64,000 nucleotides of DNA from Saccostrea echinata (taxonomy: Eukaryota): NCBI RefSeq assembly GCF_033153115.1, contig NW_026889786.1, positions 434,001 through 498,000 on the forward strand, read 5' to 3'. Under the pieces are notes generated by a model. That model saw nothing but the letters and a program-made list of their open reading frames with translations. It searched no databases and was not told where the DNA came from. Shown piece by piece: positions 51,585 to 64,000 of this stretch (positions within the stretch are counted from its first letter, which is position 1; every line of letters starts with the position of its first letter). A program made the position numbers and the translations under genes.

Positions 51585-54159
51585 TTACTTTTTAATACAT
51601 GTATGTAAAAAAAAAAAATTGGTCCCTTTCTGTTGTGACATCCTGTAAGCTTTCACCAAGATTTCTCGCCGTTTTGGAGTTCTTTTGCTGAGAGATCTTT
51701 TTCTGTAAATGAATGATTTTAAGCGTTTTCCAACTGGTAATAAGATCAGTAGTAGACCGGAAAAGGAGAAAAAGCTTCCCCCGACCAGGAAGGTGTGGTC
51801 ATAGGAACCCGACAGGTCATAAAGTAAACCTGTGAACACGAAAATATTTCTACATACTAGTTCTTCGAAGAAAAAAGCATATAATAATTGTCATTTTTAA
51901 GGGAACAACTTCTAATTAACTTCTAATTAAGCAGACTCTCGGCTGAGGACAATTTAACGTATATTCGAAATCTGTTTGTTTATTTGATGAAATTTATTAC
52001 AAAGTACTGATAATATATAGAGTATTTTTCAATTCTTTAATAAGCAAATAAATTAATTGATGTATTTTGCTTTGCCATACCTAGAGATGAATTACACGGA
52101 AAACAATTAAATGATATTTCTTAACTGAAAAATGTTTTAAGCACTTCATCATAACTGCGTCATAAGGGCCTACATGTACTGGGTATTTGTTTGTTTGTTT
52201 GTTTGTTTTTTAATAAAAAAAAGACCATTAAAACAGCAAATTCTTTTTATAAATCTCTTTAACTTAATAGAGATGAAAACAAAAATAAGAGGAACAATTA
52301 CCAGCTACAGGAGGTCCTATGATATTGGCTAATCCCTGCATCATCATGGTTATTCCATAGGAATTGGTCAGCTTATCAATCCCAACAATTTCCACCAGAA
52401 TCACGGTATCCAGTGCATAGCTGGCGCTAACAAAGAACCCAAACAGGCTCGCAATAATGCAAAGTGGTACAAAAGACAGGAACCACGGAACAATCATTAC
52501 ACACAATCCTGAGAGCATGATCGACACTCCATAGAGCAAGGTCAGGTCTATGTTTCTGTCACCTATAAATCCATATACAATCTGTCCAAAGGTATTCACA
52601 ATTCCAAGGATTGAAATAATGAAGGCCGGATCTTCTATCCCCCCTTCTATAGCAATATCATTCAGAAATACATATGGTACATCGTACCAGAAGTACGATA
52701 TGAAGTTGGAAATCAGAAACATAAGAAAGAATGGGTTTTTCATGATTTTGAAATCAAACATCAACTTGAACATTTTCTTGATGTGTTTGGATAATCTCAG
52801 GAGTCTTGGTATAGAAGAATCATTGTCATCGTCTTCATCATCGCTTTCATCTAACACCTCTGGGTGTATTGCTGGACAGCTCTTTGGTCGGTTCTTTGGA
52901 GTGACTGTAAATCTTTTAAGACTTCTTCTGTAAAATAAGTCTTTTCTGAACAGAGGATAATACTGTATAATTGTTCGTCGATTTAGGGTCTTCCTCCGTA
53001 CAAGAGATTTTTTCTTGCTTCTCTTTCTTACTATGTCATCTTTTACAAGTCTGTCTTTCTCGTGACAGGCATTTTGATCATCGTTTGCAACTACATTTAT
53101 CATTTCCTGGCCCGGAAGTCTGTCTTTATTAGGTGCACAGGTATTTCCTGTGGTGTGAACGTTGATTGTATCCATGCTTTGAAAATATTTCTTCAAGATG
53201 TGCTGCGAATTCTTACCATTTCTTCGTACAACACATAACATGTCAAGTGGAATATTCTTGGATTTATTTGTAAAAGTAGGCAATTGAACCATTGAATGAC
53301 AACGCTGTCTTTTCTCAGCTAAGCATTTGTTATCATTGTGATAATCTAAGTTCAGCATATCCGAACTGTTAGCGAGGCAATTTCGATTGTGCAGTTTAGA
53401 TTCCGATATTGTTTTCGCCATATTTTCAAATTTTTCTAAATTTCTTTTCCATTCTTCCAAAGGAGTAAATTCCAAAGGTCTCATCAGTGCTCCACAAACG
53501 ACTAAATTCAATGTGATGGCACTGAGAATAACAAAGGTACCTCTCCATCCATACTCTTCAATGAGGAATTCCAAAAGTGGAGCAAACACAAAGGTACCGA
53601 TACCAGATCCACAAACAGACAACCCGGACGCCAGAGATCGCTTCTTTTCAAAATAGTACGCCACAAGGACTGCAGACGTAATATACCCAATAGAGAGCCC
53701 GAATCCTGCGACAAAACCAAGGGTAAAACAGATAAGGCCAATGGAATCCACAAAGGCACTAGCCAAGACTCCAACACTTGTGATCAATCCTCCAAGAATC
53801 TGCGCTTTTCTGCATCCTAATTTAGTTACAATGGCACTGGCTATAGGTCCACAAATCATGGGGATTCCATAGAATAGGGATGCAATTATAGATGTTACAC
53901 TTTTACTCTGCTTGAAAACATCTGACAACTCTGTAAAGAGTACACCAAATGATAGGGAAAATCCTTCGCTAATAAGCATTACAAAGAAAGAACTAATAAC
54001 AATCACCCAGCCATAGCCACCGTCTGGGGCCGGGGGCAGCGAAATAGAAGGGTCAAATAATGAGGGAATTCCATCAGGCGGGGCAGTGATAAGAGATGAC
54101 GCGCTGTATCCGGATTCAGCGTCCTTTCTTAATGCCTGATCCTGCTTCTCTTTAAGCAT
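51585..54159 (-). CDS. SLC16/MCT transporter copy C, 700 aa, chimeric C-terminus; complement(join(51585..51829,52302..54159))
   Basis: Same as copy B except YGLT->YGIT (52353) and loss of the stop at the junction, which adds YRMSQQKGTNFFFLHTCIKK. Confidence 0.75.
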
Positions 54160-56205
54160 TTCTTTCTTCAAAGGCTTTCGGCTTGTAGGTTAAAAAGGGT
54201 TCGCTGATGAAAAAATACAAGATATGCTGTTTAATCATTGTTCAATGCAGCTGAAGGGAATGGAAACCCTATCTCCATAAATGGACATTCTTGTGTTTCC
54301 ATTATCGGAATACTCTGCAAACATAAGAAAAATACTTAAATGCAAATGGTCACAGATTTCGATGTTAAGAAATTCCAATCTCCAAACTTAACTATACATT
54401 AAATAAACTGACCAAAACATGTACCAATGAAGATCAGAAGATTTTCCATGTTAATAACGTCTCTACTAAGATCTGTAAAATCAGAAATATTCTCATCCAC
54501 TTTGGGTACTTGTATTTTTTATGACCATGGGGGTTTAGGAATGGTCTTTAGCTTCATATTTTAGATCACTTAACATAATCACCTCTAGCTTCGACATCCA
54601 TGTCCATCTTCAAGAGTAATTCATGTTAACTCTCTTCAAGACACTCAATTGTAAAATGCCGACCAATTGTTTAAATATTTACTAAAAAAATTTTCCATGA
54701 AGCTATACATTTACAATGTATATGCTGTACATAAAAACAAGTATTAAAAAGGCTTTAATTTGCTTTTGCTTCACTATCTAGACAACAGGAAAATGAAAAC
54801 ATCAGCTTCAACATTTCCTGTTGTTTGTTGGATATCTCTGCAAGTAGGAAAAAAACAGTCAAGGATGTACGTGGATCAACGCCACCCGTCACCATGCTCC
54901 AAGTTAGCTTTAATTTCGAAACAAAGGAGCAAAGACGTGCAACTGCATGGAAATTACCATATTATCTAATCATAACGTCATACATCATGTGTTTATGGAA
55001 AAAGGGAATTTTGACGAGCTCACTGTGTCAATCTTTCGAAGATTTAGTTCTTCAATATACTCTAAATTCGAAGCCATTGTGGTTAAGTTAGGACTTATGT
55101 TTGTGGAGGGGGTGGGAGGTCCACACCGGCTTATAAAAAATTCTGACTCCGATACTTCTTTTGTACCCCAAAGTTTTGTGTTCATTTTTTTCCACAAAAT
55201 GTGGAAATAGAATGGACACAAAACCAGTGGCTTGCGACGATATTTGTGGGTGTGATCGTATTTACTATTAATTTTATTGTAACCCCTCTCCCCTCCCCCA
55301 AGGGAAAATTCTAGAATTTGCCGTTAGGAAAAATAGTATTGGATAACTATTACAAGTAGATAGCTAATAAAATTTCATTTAAACTTACTTTCTGTTGAAC
55401 GGGGGAGGGGCAATTTCCCTATTCAGGACCCAAGGTAAATTTCAAAATTATGTAAAGAAATTTACTTTTTTTTCGTCAGGAATACCTTTCTTTAACATTC
55501 AAGAAAAGCACATTTGCTCAAAAGGTTGACCTTTGGATAAGAAGTTTGCCTCTCCAGAGAATAAAATAAGACATTTATTTAGCAGTGCTTAGGCTCTATA
55601 AAGTGCTCACATTCAAGATCACGTGGCTTATGCCTTTTTTGCATCTTGGATTGTTTGGACATTTTTTTATATGCAGGTTTTTCCAGCAATTATGTATGCA
55701 ATTAGGGGCAGGGTTCGACACTAACCTTAGTCCGTTAGTCTCAGACTAATACATTTTCATTCGGACTAATAAAATATGTGGCTAATTAGTCCGAACGGAC
55801 CAATAAAAATTTCTGAAAAACAATATGAATAAATTACCGATGTCCGATTCTCGACAACTTTTACTGGAAAACCCCGCGTGTATTTTTAGATTTCTAGCTT
55901 TTGGCGGGTAGTTACGCAATGCAGCGCTTAATTTTTCGACTGATCGATATGAAGTATAAGGTTTTAGCGATCATGATTTAGTATGACACTTTTAAGAAAG
56001 ATGTTGGACGTTTTGGATGTAATGGAAAGACATAAAAAAAAAAAAAACGAGATCGGGAATACGATCGCATACTTGCTGATTGCGAGATTTCAATGAATCT
56101 GTGGAATATATTTCACGTAAATACTTTGTTTATTTCAAAAAATAATACGTATATTAATTGTCACGTTAAATTAATGTTAAAAACATTGATGTTTCTTTCT
56201 TTCTT

Positions 56206-56238
<33 letters not shown>

Positions 56239-58713
56239 ACGGACTAATAAAATCGCGTGCGGACTAGTAAACGTAATGAAGCACTAGTCCGGCTGGACTA
56301 AAGCCTTAAAAAGTTAGTGTCGAACCCTGTAGGGGTACGTTTGTTAGAGGGATGTCTTTAATGATACTGAAATATTTTAGACCACCACAAGTGCATGTCC
56401 AAGGAAGGAAGTTTTCCGCCTGCAAATCATAATTCCTGTCATTTTACGAGTAACATATTTTTTCATACTTGTCCTCACTTGTAAATCTCTGCTTTAGTTC
56501 ATCAATTTCATCACTTTATCATCATCAATTGGTAGAGGAAAAGCCTTGGCCCTTATTTTACAAATTTCCTCGTTTGGGTTAGATGAAACCGCAGAAGTGT
56601 TCATGTGGTAAATTCTAACAATAGGATATATGAATTTCAAAAACTTCATGTAAAAGTTTTATGCAACTTTCTGTAAAGTTTGACCTTGGATCCATCACAA
56701 AATTATATATTTAAAAAAAATTCGTTTTGTTCATTTTTTTTTTTTTAAAAATCTAATGAGCATTTGATGTCTGTGAAAAAAAAATTCTGGTCTCGAAGAC
56801 AACTTCCTTGCTGGAAGAGCTCCCAAGTAGCCAGGTGGATTGTCTTCTAAAACCTCCTCATACTTGATATATGGAAGACTCTCCAGTGGCGGATCCAGGA
56901 ATTTCATAATGGAGGGGTGCAGTAGAAAACGGGGGGTCTGCATTGAAGCCCCCCGTGGGTCTAGGGCAAAGCCCTGGTGGGGGTCCGGGGGCGAAGCCCC
57001 CGAAAGCTGACGAATTCTTACAAATAAGAGATGTGTTTTTCTTGATTTTAGGATAATGGACATATGAGTTCTAAATACAAAAAATTCAAATGGGGGGGGG
57101 GGGGGGGGGGGCATGCGCCAGGCGCGCTGGCCCTGGATCAGCCTTTACTCTCACTCAAAATTCAGAGAAATATTTGTGAAACATACTATCTGTAAAGAAC
57201 TGGAAATCAGTTGTATAATATCCAGCATAGTTTTCAGCATTGCTTGCTTTAAAATGTGACATTTTATTCAAAATACACTCCGTGAAATACATGTACACAT
57301 TTATACATAAAATTCACACAAAGGAACATAAAAAAAATATTCTTATGAATTCAATTCATTAAAATAAAGAAAATTGTTTTCATTGATTAAATTCTGTTTA
57401 CAGAAAACGAAATGAATAGACCTATATCACCTGATACAACCCTTAATTACACTGGGTCTAACTCCTAAACTTCTTCTTTGTTGAGCAGAACTGTTGAATT
57501 TATCAGCTTGTTGAAACACAGGAGTGAATGGTTTAGAGAGACCAGAGAGATTGTACCTGGAAACAAAACTCTGTCGTCTGCTTGTGGACCCTGAACTCTG
57601 GACGGAGGGCTCCCACTGAAAGAAGCCACACCCATTTCTGTCTGTTGTCTTCACCCCCGCACAAGAAAAGAAAAATCGACCAAGGTTTGGTCCTGGGGAT
57701 TGCACCATTCTCCTCTTTGACCGACGTCCACATTTACACAGGGGTGGTGTTGCTTTCATTGTTGATGACATACTGGTGTCCGGGGTCTTAAGAATTGAAT
57801 TGCTTGAGTTTATAGTAGAATTGGTAACATTTAAAGCAGATTTTTGACATAGTGAAAACTGAAAACTTGGACTAGGAACCTTAAATTGTCCACCATGTTC
57901 TACACTTGAAACTTGGGAATTGACACAAATTTTTCCACTTTTATCTGTGTTACTTTTGTTTGAGTCTTTAATAGAATTTTTATTTGGTTCACTTGCTTTA
58001 CTCATATTGCCATTTCTATTAGATAAGCCACTGCCGGCTTTCATTTGCACACTGAACGACTCAACAGATCTGCAGTTACCATCCATGTAAATCTGCTTCA
58101 TTGAAAATCCTTTGGAGACAATATGCCTGGTTGGAGTTTCTCTCTGTGTGGCATTTTTCACCTTTGAATCAGCAGACATGGATTCTCTGCTCCTTTTCAA
58201 TAGCCTTGGAGATTTTCTGACAGGGGAGGTAACATGAGTCGGGGTTTTCTTTAAATGTCTGGGTGATCTTCTAAGCACTGGCTTTAAGAAGCTGTGGGAG
58301 TTTTTGTCTGGTGTGGCCATCATAACTTCCTCTTCTTTACCCATGTCAGACATTCTCCTACGCTTTGGTAATGGGCTCCTGGTTGGACTTAATGGTTTCT
58401 TCGAGTTCAACAGATTCTCAACTGTGATCGGACTCGTGGATTTACTCTAATAAAAACAAGAGGAACTTTATTTGAAACACATCTTTATTGACAACATATA
58501 CATGCATAGCATAAAGGTTAAAAAGACATACACTGTCTGCTGATATTTAACCAGTAAAATAAGGATGTAAAAAGGGATCACGCTAATATACTTAAGTAAA
58601 GAACTCCTTTCAGATTTTCTTTTCTATTTTTGAGAGATGATTTTTACTATTTTACTTTTTAATACATGTATGTAAAAAAAAAAAATTGGTCCCTTTCTGT
58701 TGTGACATCCTGT
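51647..58713. repeat. Tandem segmental duplication, unit 2 (7067 bp)
   Basis: Differences noticed versus unit 1: one substitution (45293 g / 52353 t) and G-run 13 vs 20. Confidence 0.95.
55709..56329. mobile_element. Duplicated copy of the hAT-like MITE
   Basis: Same TIR and TSD as 48649-49269. Confidence 0.85.
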
Positions 58714-61700
58714 TTCCTGAGACCATGGTTTGAACAAATCTAAATCTTGAATAGACATATACATGAAATCTTTCAATTTTTATATTTTTAAGTTAAACAG
58801 TGTTTGAGAAGCTTTGTAAATGATCACACCCAAGGTATACAAATTTCTTCATTACCTCCCTTTGTAAAGAGGGTAATAGCCCTTCATTTCTATAAACCTG
58901 AATTCTCATCACTAATGAATATGTTTGTGGCAAGTTTCGTTGAAATTGGCCTAGCCTGCCTGAGTGACTCAAGTGACCCAAGAACATTATTTATTTAGCA
59001 AAAAAAACAGGTGACCTAAAAAAGCTATTACGAAAAAATTATCTTAAAATCTGTCTGTTACGGTGCATCACAGTCTTTGTTTGCTATCTATTGTTATTTA
59101 AGAAGACAACTGAGGTTTTTACCCCTCTAGTCAGAGTCTTTGTAATCTTCATGACACAACCATCACACATCATCCTGTAGGCCAAGGTAGCTGTGTTCCT
59201 GGCATCAACAATACCTACACAATAAAATAAATCCTTTCAAGCTTTGTTTTGAATTAATGTCACAAATGATAATTCAGGTTGTCAGAAGATAATAATTTCA
59301 CTGTTTTTTATTTTCTTTCTTAATAAATCCAGTCACACTTCATAATGCCTTTTAAGTTTCTTATTTAAGATCAACAACGTATCAATGGTATGCTTTTTAT
59401 ACAGTAAACTTACCGGAGTGCTCCCTGCCCTCAAACTCAATCCCCAGGTCCTGCAGAGCGCCATTTAATCCATTGGGTTTTCTGCTATAGAATTTCTGAA
59501 GTACAAATATGAAATATTTCATCATTTCACAAAATAAACATTCACTATCTATTCATCCAAAGATCCACTGAGCATTACACAATACTTATTGCAAACAGTT
59601 GAATTCATTCAAAGATTGCACTGTTTGTATAAAGATCTCTTTCAAATTGCACTAATTCTTTTTTCTCACGATGTTCATTGAATGGAACAAATATATGACA
59701 CTTCTATGATTTCTACACTGAATGTACAAAACTGTCTAGGGGTGAGGGTGGGGGGCTGTCAAATAATTGTGATAAATTCATTTTTATCATGTAGAAGGAT
59801 GACCTGACATTTGAACACATCTTACCCTGTAGGTGGCTCTTAAATCAATCCAGTTATTTAACTGTGATGGTTTTATTAGCTGTTTTCTTTTGCATTCATT
59901 TAAAAGACAAGTTCCAAGGTCCCAATCTGCAAATATGCAAGATAATGTAATTAGAAAATTTGAACTTATACAAATTGTGTTCAGTAGAAAAAAAAAGTGA
60001 CAAAGTCATGACTTGTTAAAATCGCAATATAATTTTTTTTTGAAGGTCTACATTTCAGACTCAGGGGAGCTATAAATAACAACTGTGAAGAATACTTTGA
60101 TGTAGAAGGAGTAATCAATATGTTAGGAACACAAGTTTTTTGAGATGGCAGTTTAAAAATACAGAGATATAATCCTTTAATTGTAAGCACTTTTTGTGTG
60201 CAATAGATATGAACTTTTTGAATGCATGGAACTGGAGCTCTTTGGTTGTCCATCCCAATTCTTTCAGAGTAGTAAGCTTTAGATCTTCAGCTACATAAAG
60301 GTGCAGTACCACTTAATTAATAAATTATTTTCAGAACATTCATTATGGCCTTATATCAATGAAATGTTTTCTTTACAAAGCTTATTCTTTTTACTCTCCA
60401 TAATGGAATGCTGTTATTTCATAGATAAGCTTGTTCCATACCAGACCATGTAACAAAGGTTGTGTATGCAGCATCCCCCAAGTCATCTGATGGAGGACCA
60501 AATATAAGGCCTTTTTCCTTCTGCAGTCTGTCCAGCCAATGAGAGAACTTCCTCAAACAAATACGGAGAGGGATTCCATTGTCTACTTGTTCCTGGGGAA
60601 ATTCATATATCAGTTATAATGATAAATTGGTAGAATAGTAAGGTATACAACCAAATTATTTTTACAATAGAATTTGTTGGTAAATATAGCCTAAAAGCAA
60701 AAACTTTTAAAGTGAGTTATGCTTAATACATGTACGTTGTGCAGTGATTTCATCAAAAGTAGCATCATTGCTGTGTGAATACCTGAGTAATTCCCGTCAG
60801 CTGTTTACAAAAGTCACTTAACATTGGTTGCTCCTCTGGGAGAACATAATAATGGAATTCACTCTCCACTTCTCCAGTTGTAGTGTTTAGTAACACTGCA
60901 GGAAACTCAACTGAAAGCAATCAAAGTTCCACAGTGTAAACATCAACTTTACAAAATTTTGGTAAAATTATTTTTTTTTCTAGTTTACAAACAAAAATTA
61001 CTTTATGTCAAAATAACAACATATGACAAGCTATTAAAGTGTAGATACAACAGAACATGTTGCTTAACAACTTAACTTGGTCTTATATAATATTATATCT
61101 GTGTTTCAGCAAAGAATTTCTTTTAGCATCCCTGGAAGAGCACCTACTCTACCTAGGTGCAAAATTCTAATTCTTTCCAATATCAAGGTCCATTCAAAAT
61201 ATTCTTACTAATTTCTTGGGTCTGAAACTTTCTTTGCTCCCAGCATGTGGACTCATAATCCAAGACTATTAGATATGAAAACTCCTGGTCTAAAGCAACG
61301 AGAACAATCTCATCAGTTTGTCATTTCATGTACATGTATTTCAGCTTTAGAATAAATAGATACAACAATATTGGTCATTCTTTTTTTGACAAAAATAAAG
61401 TTTACATAAATATCTTGCTAATTAAATTTAATGTACTTTAAAAACTCCAAATCAACAACTGCTGAAATATGAGTTTCTTACATTTTGCTCTGGATCTTTT
61501 CTTACTGTGGAGATTTGTACCAGGATTTTTCCTTTGTCTCAGGAAACCAAGCTCTCTATAAAATATTCTTTGGTTAGAGCTACGTATAAAACTAAAAAGA
61601 CTTGTAAAAATATACTGGTACTTTAATTATTAAGTTAAAGTAAAACATGGTGATGCATATTTATAGTTATAGCAAAGTGTCAAGAATGAACAATTTTGAT

Positions 61701-62785
61701 TCATATAATTGTACCGGGTATATTCATTGTATCCATATAGTTCATCATATGTTTGCTTTAAGTATAAATTAAAGACAGTGTAGAAATATCGTAAAATGAT
61801 ACAGAAATACAACCTTGATAAACCTTAGAAAAAAACAATTTAGTTATCAAATATATCAATATAGAAAACAAAGCTGTCTATCTATGTAGATCTCTCATTC
61901 TTAAAGGGGCCTGGACACAGATTTGAAGTTAATATTTTCTCTAAAATTTTCTGTATAATATCATGACTTATATGTTGCTATAGCATTTCACATGAAAATT
62001 TAATAAAAGCTTGTTCAGAAACTTCTTTTATCTGGAAGTTATTGAAACTACAAATTCCGGATGTGTTTGATTGACACATCCGTGCACTTTCACAAAGAAA
62101 ACTTTATCCATAATATTTAAGAAAGTAGAAATTTTGTTTTATATTAATGAAAAATATTAAAACTATAATCCAGAAAATTCATAATAATGTGAGAAAGCAA
62201 AAGCAACTCACAAGGATTTTCAGTTCATGCTCAGTGATGTGTGCAAAGTTTAACAAATTGAACACACCCAGTGAAACGTAAACATTAACAAAAACAGAGC
62301 TTGTGCTCCTCTATGCGATAGCATGAATAGAGGTCTGGCTTTAGTCAGATTGTGCCCTGTTCACAAAAAACAGACTGTTTGACGTAAAGTAAAAAAGAAT
62401 GTCGTTGTCATTGAATTCTAAGAATATTCATGTAAGTTCAATTCATTTAACTTGTTTTATTTTTTTTGAATAAGCATAGAAATTTAAAATGTTAACAATG
62501 CAACCTTTGAATAACAGCTTTCCTATCCCTCAAACATCGATATGGTATAGATCTGATAAAATTCGGCCGTCACCAACTAAGCCGGGTAAACCCGGCTAGG
62601 CGCTTAGAATCCAGCGGCTTGGCTAATATACAGTAATGGAAATATTACTTCCATCGTTTATAGTTTATGTCACAATCATTCATGATTGTCACAATCTTGA
62701 ACATTCCAAGTGGATTAATTGTTATAAACTTCATATGGTCGAGTCCAGAGCTTTCCTACCTGGCTAGTTCCTTTGTTGTTTTCAT
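57427..62785 (-). CDS. ERI2: ERI1 exoribonuclease family member 2, 584 aa; complement(join(57427..58446,59123..59214,59414..59495,59826..59926,60442..60592,60783..60910,61209..61289,61482..61555,62760..62785))
   Basis: All eight introns are GT-AG with consistent phases (1755 nt total). MKTTKELARELG; DEDDh motifs YLIVLDYESTCW, EIIEFPAVLLN, VTWSDWDLG, WIDLRATY, FEGREHSGIVDARNTA; C-terminal GRF zinc finger CKCGRR..GPNLGRFFFSC..CGFFQW. Confidence 0.93.
61901..62500. mobile_element. Probable Kolobok-like MITE in ERI2 intron 1
   Basis: ttaa|aggggcctggacacagattt left end; right end not clearly found. Confidence 0.35.
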
Positions 62786-63289
62786 ATTTACTTAATTTTG
62801 ACCAAGTATCCATTTATCATTCGAGCATTTTACACCTGACCAGCGTTTTCAGAAGCGTTACAACTTCAACGTGTTTGAAGTTTACCGCGCCACTTGGCGG
62901 CTTCTAAGCGGAATGGTATAAAAGTGGGCACACATGTATTCAAATACCTAAATCTATTTGCAAGCCGCCAGCAGCCATTTATCTGTTTATCATGTTTACT
63001 CTGATCTTAGAGATCAATTATAATCTTGTTTAAATTATTTAAACAAAAATATTTAAGAGATAGTCCAACATTATAATGAAACTGAATAAAATCAATATTG
63101 GGAACCGAATCACATTTGGATTTTAGTCGCTCCCTATTTTTATATCAGCTGAACGTTTCAAGCAATGTCGTTTTCCGCATTGATTTTGTTAATCATTTTA
63201 ACATTGACATTTGATTTCCAATCACATGTGTCATAATATGATACATACTGGTCCAGCTTAAAATTCACATCTTTATGAAACTTTAGGAC
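62786..63289. promoter_or_regulatory. Putative bidirectional promoter/leader region between ERI2 and the divergent gene
   Basis: 504 bp between opposing ATGs; tttgaa (62874), ccgcgcca and ttggcgg (62885-62900), tataaaa (62917). Confidence 0.45.
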
Positions 63290-63367
63290 ATGGAGACAAA
63301 AAGAGAAAAGAGACTAGAGGCAAAGAAAAGAAAAGCAGCTGCTTTTTTACAACTTGTCAAAAAAGAG
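63290..63367 (+). CDS. First coding exon of a divergent gene, probably RNA exonuclease 5 (REXO5/NEF-sp-like); continues beyond the window
   Basis: tttag|gac ATG METKREKRLEAKKRKAAAFLQLVKKE|gtaagt. Resembles, from memory, the basic N-terminal helix of invertebrate REXO5; human REXO5 lies head-to-head with ERI2. Confidence 0.55.
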
Positions 63368-63718
63368 GTAAGTTAGCAGCTAGGAGAGATCAGCTGGATA
63401 TGAGTGTAGAAATTTTTTTTTAATACTTTCTAAGTTAAACAGATTTATTCATCAGCAGAATGTGATATTTCTGGAAAATTGAATCTTTGATTGAATCTTT
63501 TGATGTGTAATTTACAAGAAGGATTTAAAATTCCTTTTAATCGACTATTGAGTTCATCTCGAAACCTTCCACAACTAATCTTGAAGTCCATTATACCATT
63601 TAATATTTCCATTTCTATTTGTTTTCTCTGTGATAACTCTTTGAAAGTTAGGAGAGTTGATTTCTTGATCATTCTACCGGAATGCAAATTTCGCCAAGCG
63701 AAAGGCCAGGAGCTAAGA

Positions 63719-63822
63719 AGGCCTAATATGCATGTAATTCTTGTGCGGCTGTCTTTGTGTCTGACTCTAATGAGGCCTTATATGCATGTAATTCTCGTGC
63801 GGCTGTCTTTGTGTTTGACGTC
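63719..63822. repeat. 54-bp tandem repeat (2 copies)
   Basis: aggcct-atatgcatgtaattct-gtgcggctgtctttgtgt at 63719 and 63773. Confidence 0.85.
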
Positions 63823-64000
63823 AGTGGGCAGGGACTATTGAAATTGACATGTGAGGCCTCGTGTAATTTAAATCTATTAGTCTACATTTTTTAAAATCTA
63901 AATTTACAATTTTATTTCACAATGAAATGGAAATATAAGGATTCACTGTCTAGTTAGTAGAGTATGCCAGGGACATCAACGATAGTTGGAAACGTGGGAT

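Larger units (their letters stand above)
44587..51646. repeat. Tandem segmental duplication, unit 1 (7060 bp)
   Basis: Matches 51647-58713 at offset 7060, then 7067. Confidence 0.95.

Overview
AT-rich eukaryotic genomic DNA with GT-AG introns and two short N gaps. It is almost certainly from an oyster (Ostreidae), judged from Cg170-like satellite monomers and HINE/Helentron-type elements. Genes: a divergent profilin with an uninterrupted CDS (+); three SLC16/MCT monocarboxylate transporter copies (-), here called A, B and C; a BTB-BACK-Kelch gene with one coding exon (+); a complete 9-exon ERI2 (-); and the first coding exon of a divergently transcribed gene that is probably REXO5 (+). A near-identical 7.06-kb tandem duplication (44587-51646 / 51647-58713) breaks inside the MCT-B stop codon. 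It creates a chimeric MCT-C and an orphan ERI2 GRF-zinc-finger exon. The rest is dense in non-autonomous DNA transposons, LINE and Penelope relics and microsatellites. Best leads: (1) a reading frame in the 5' leader exon of the MCT paralogs that is open up to a shared stop and encodes a transmembrane-like micropeptide in copy A (possible bicistronic/uORF system); (2) a spliced 47-aa ORF upstream of the profilin; (3) an in-frame 30-codon extension behind the MCT-B stop; (4) the ERI2-REXO5-like head-to-head pair. All family assignments come from motif recognition; no searches were run.
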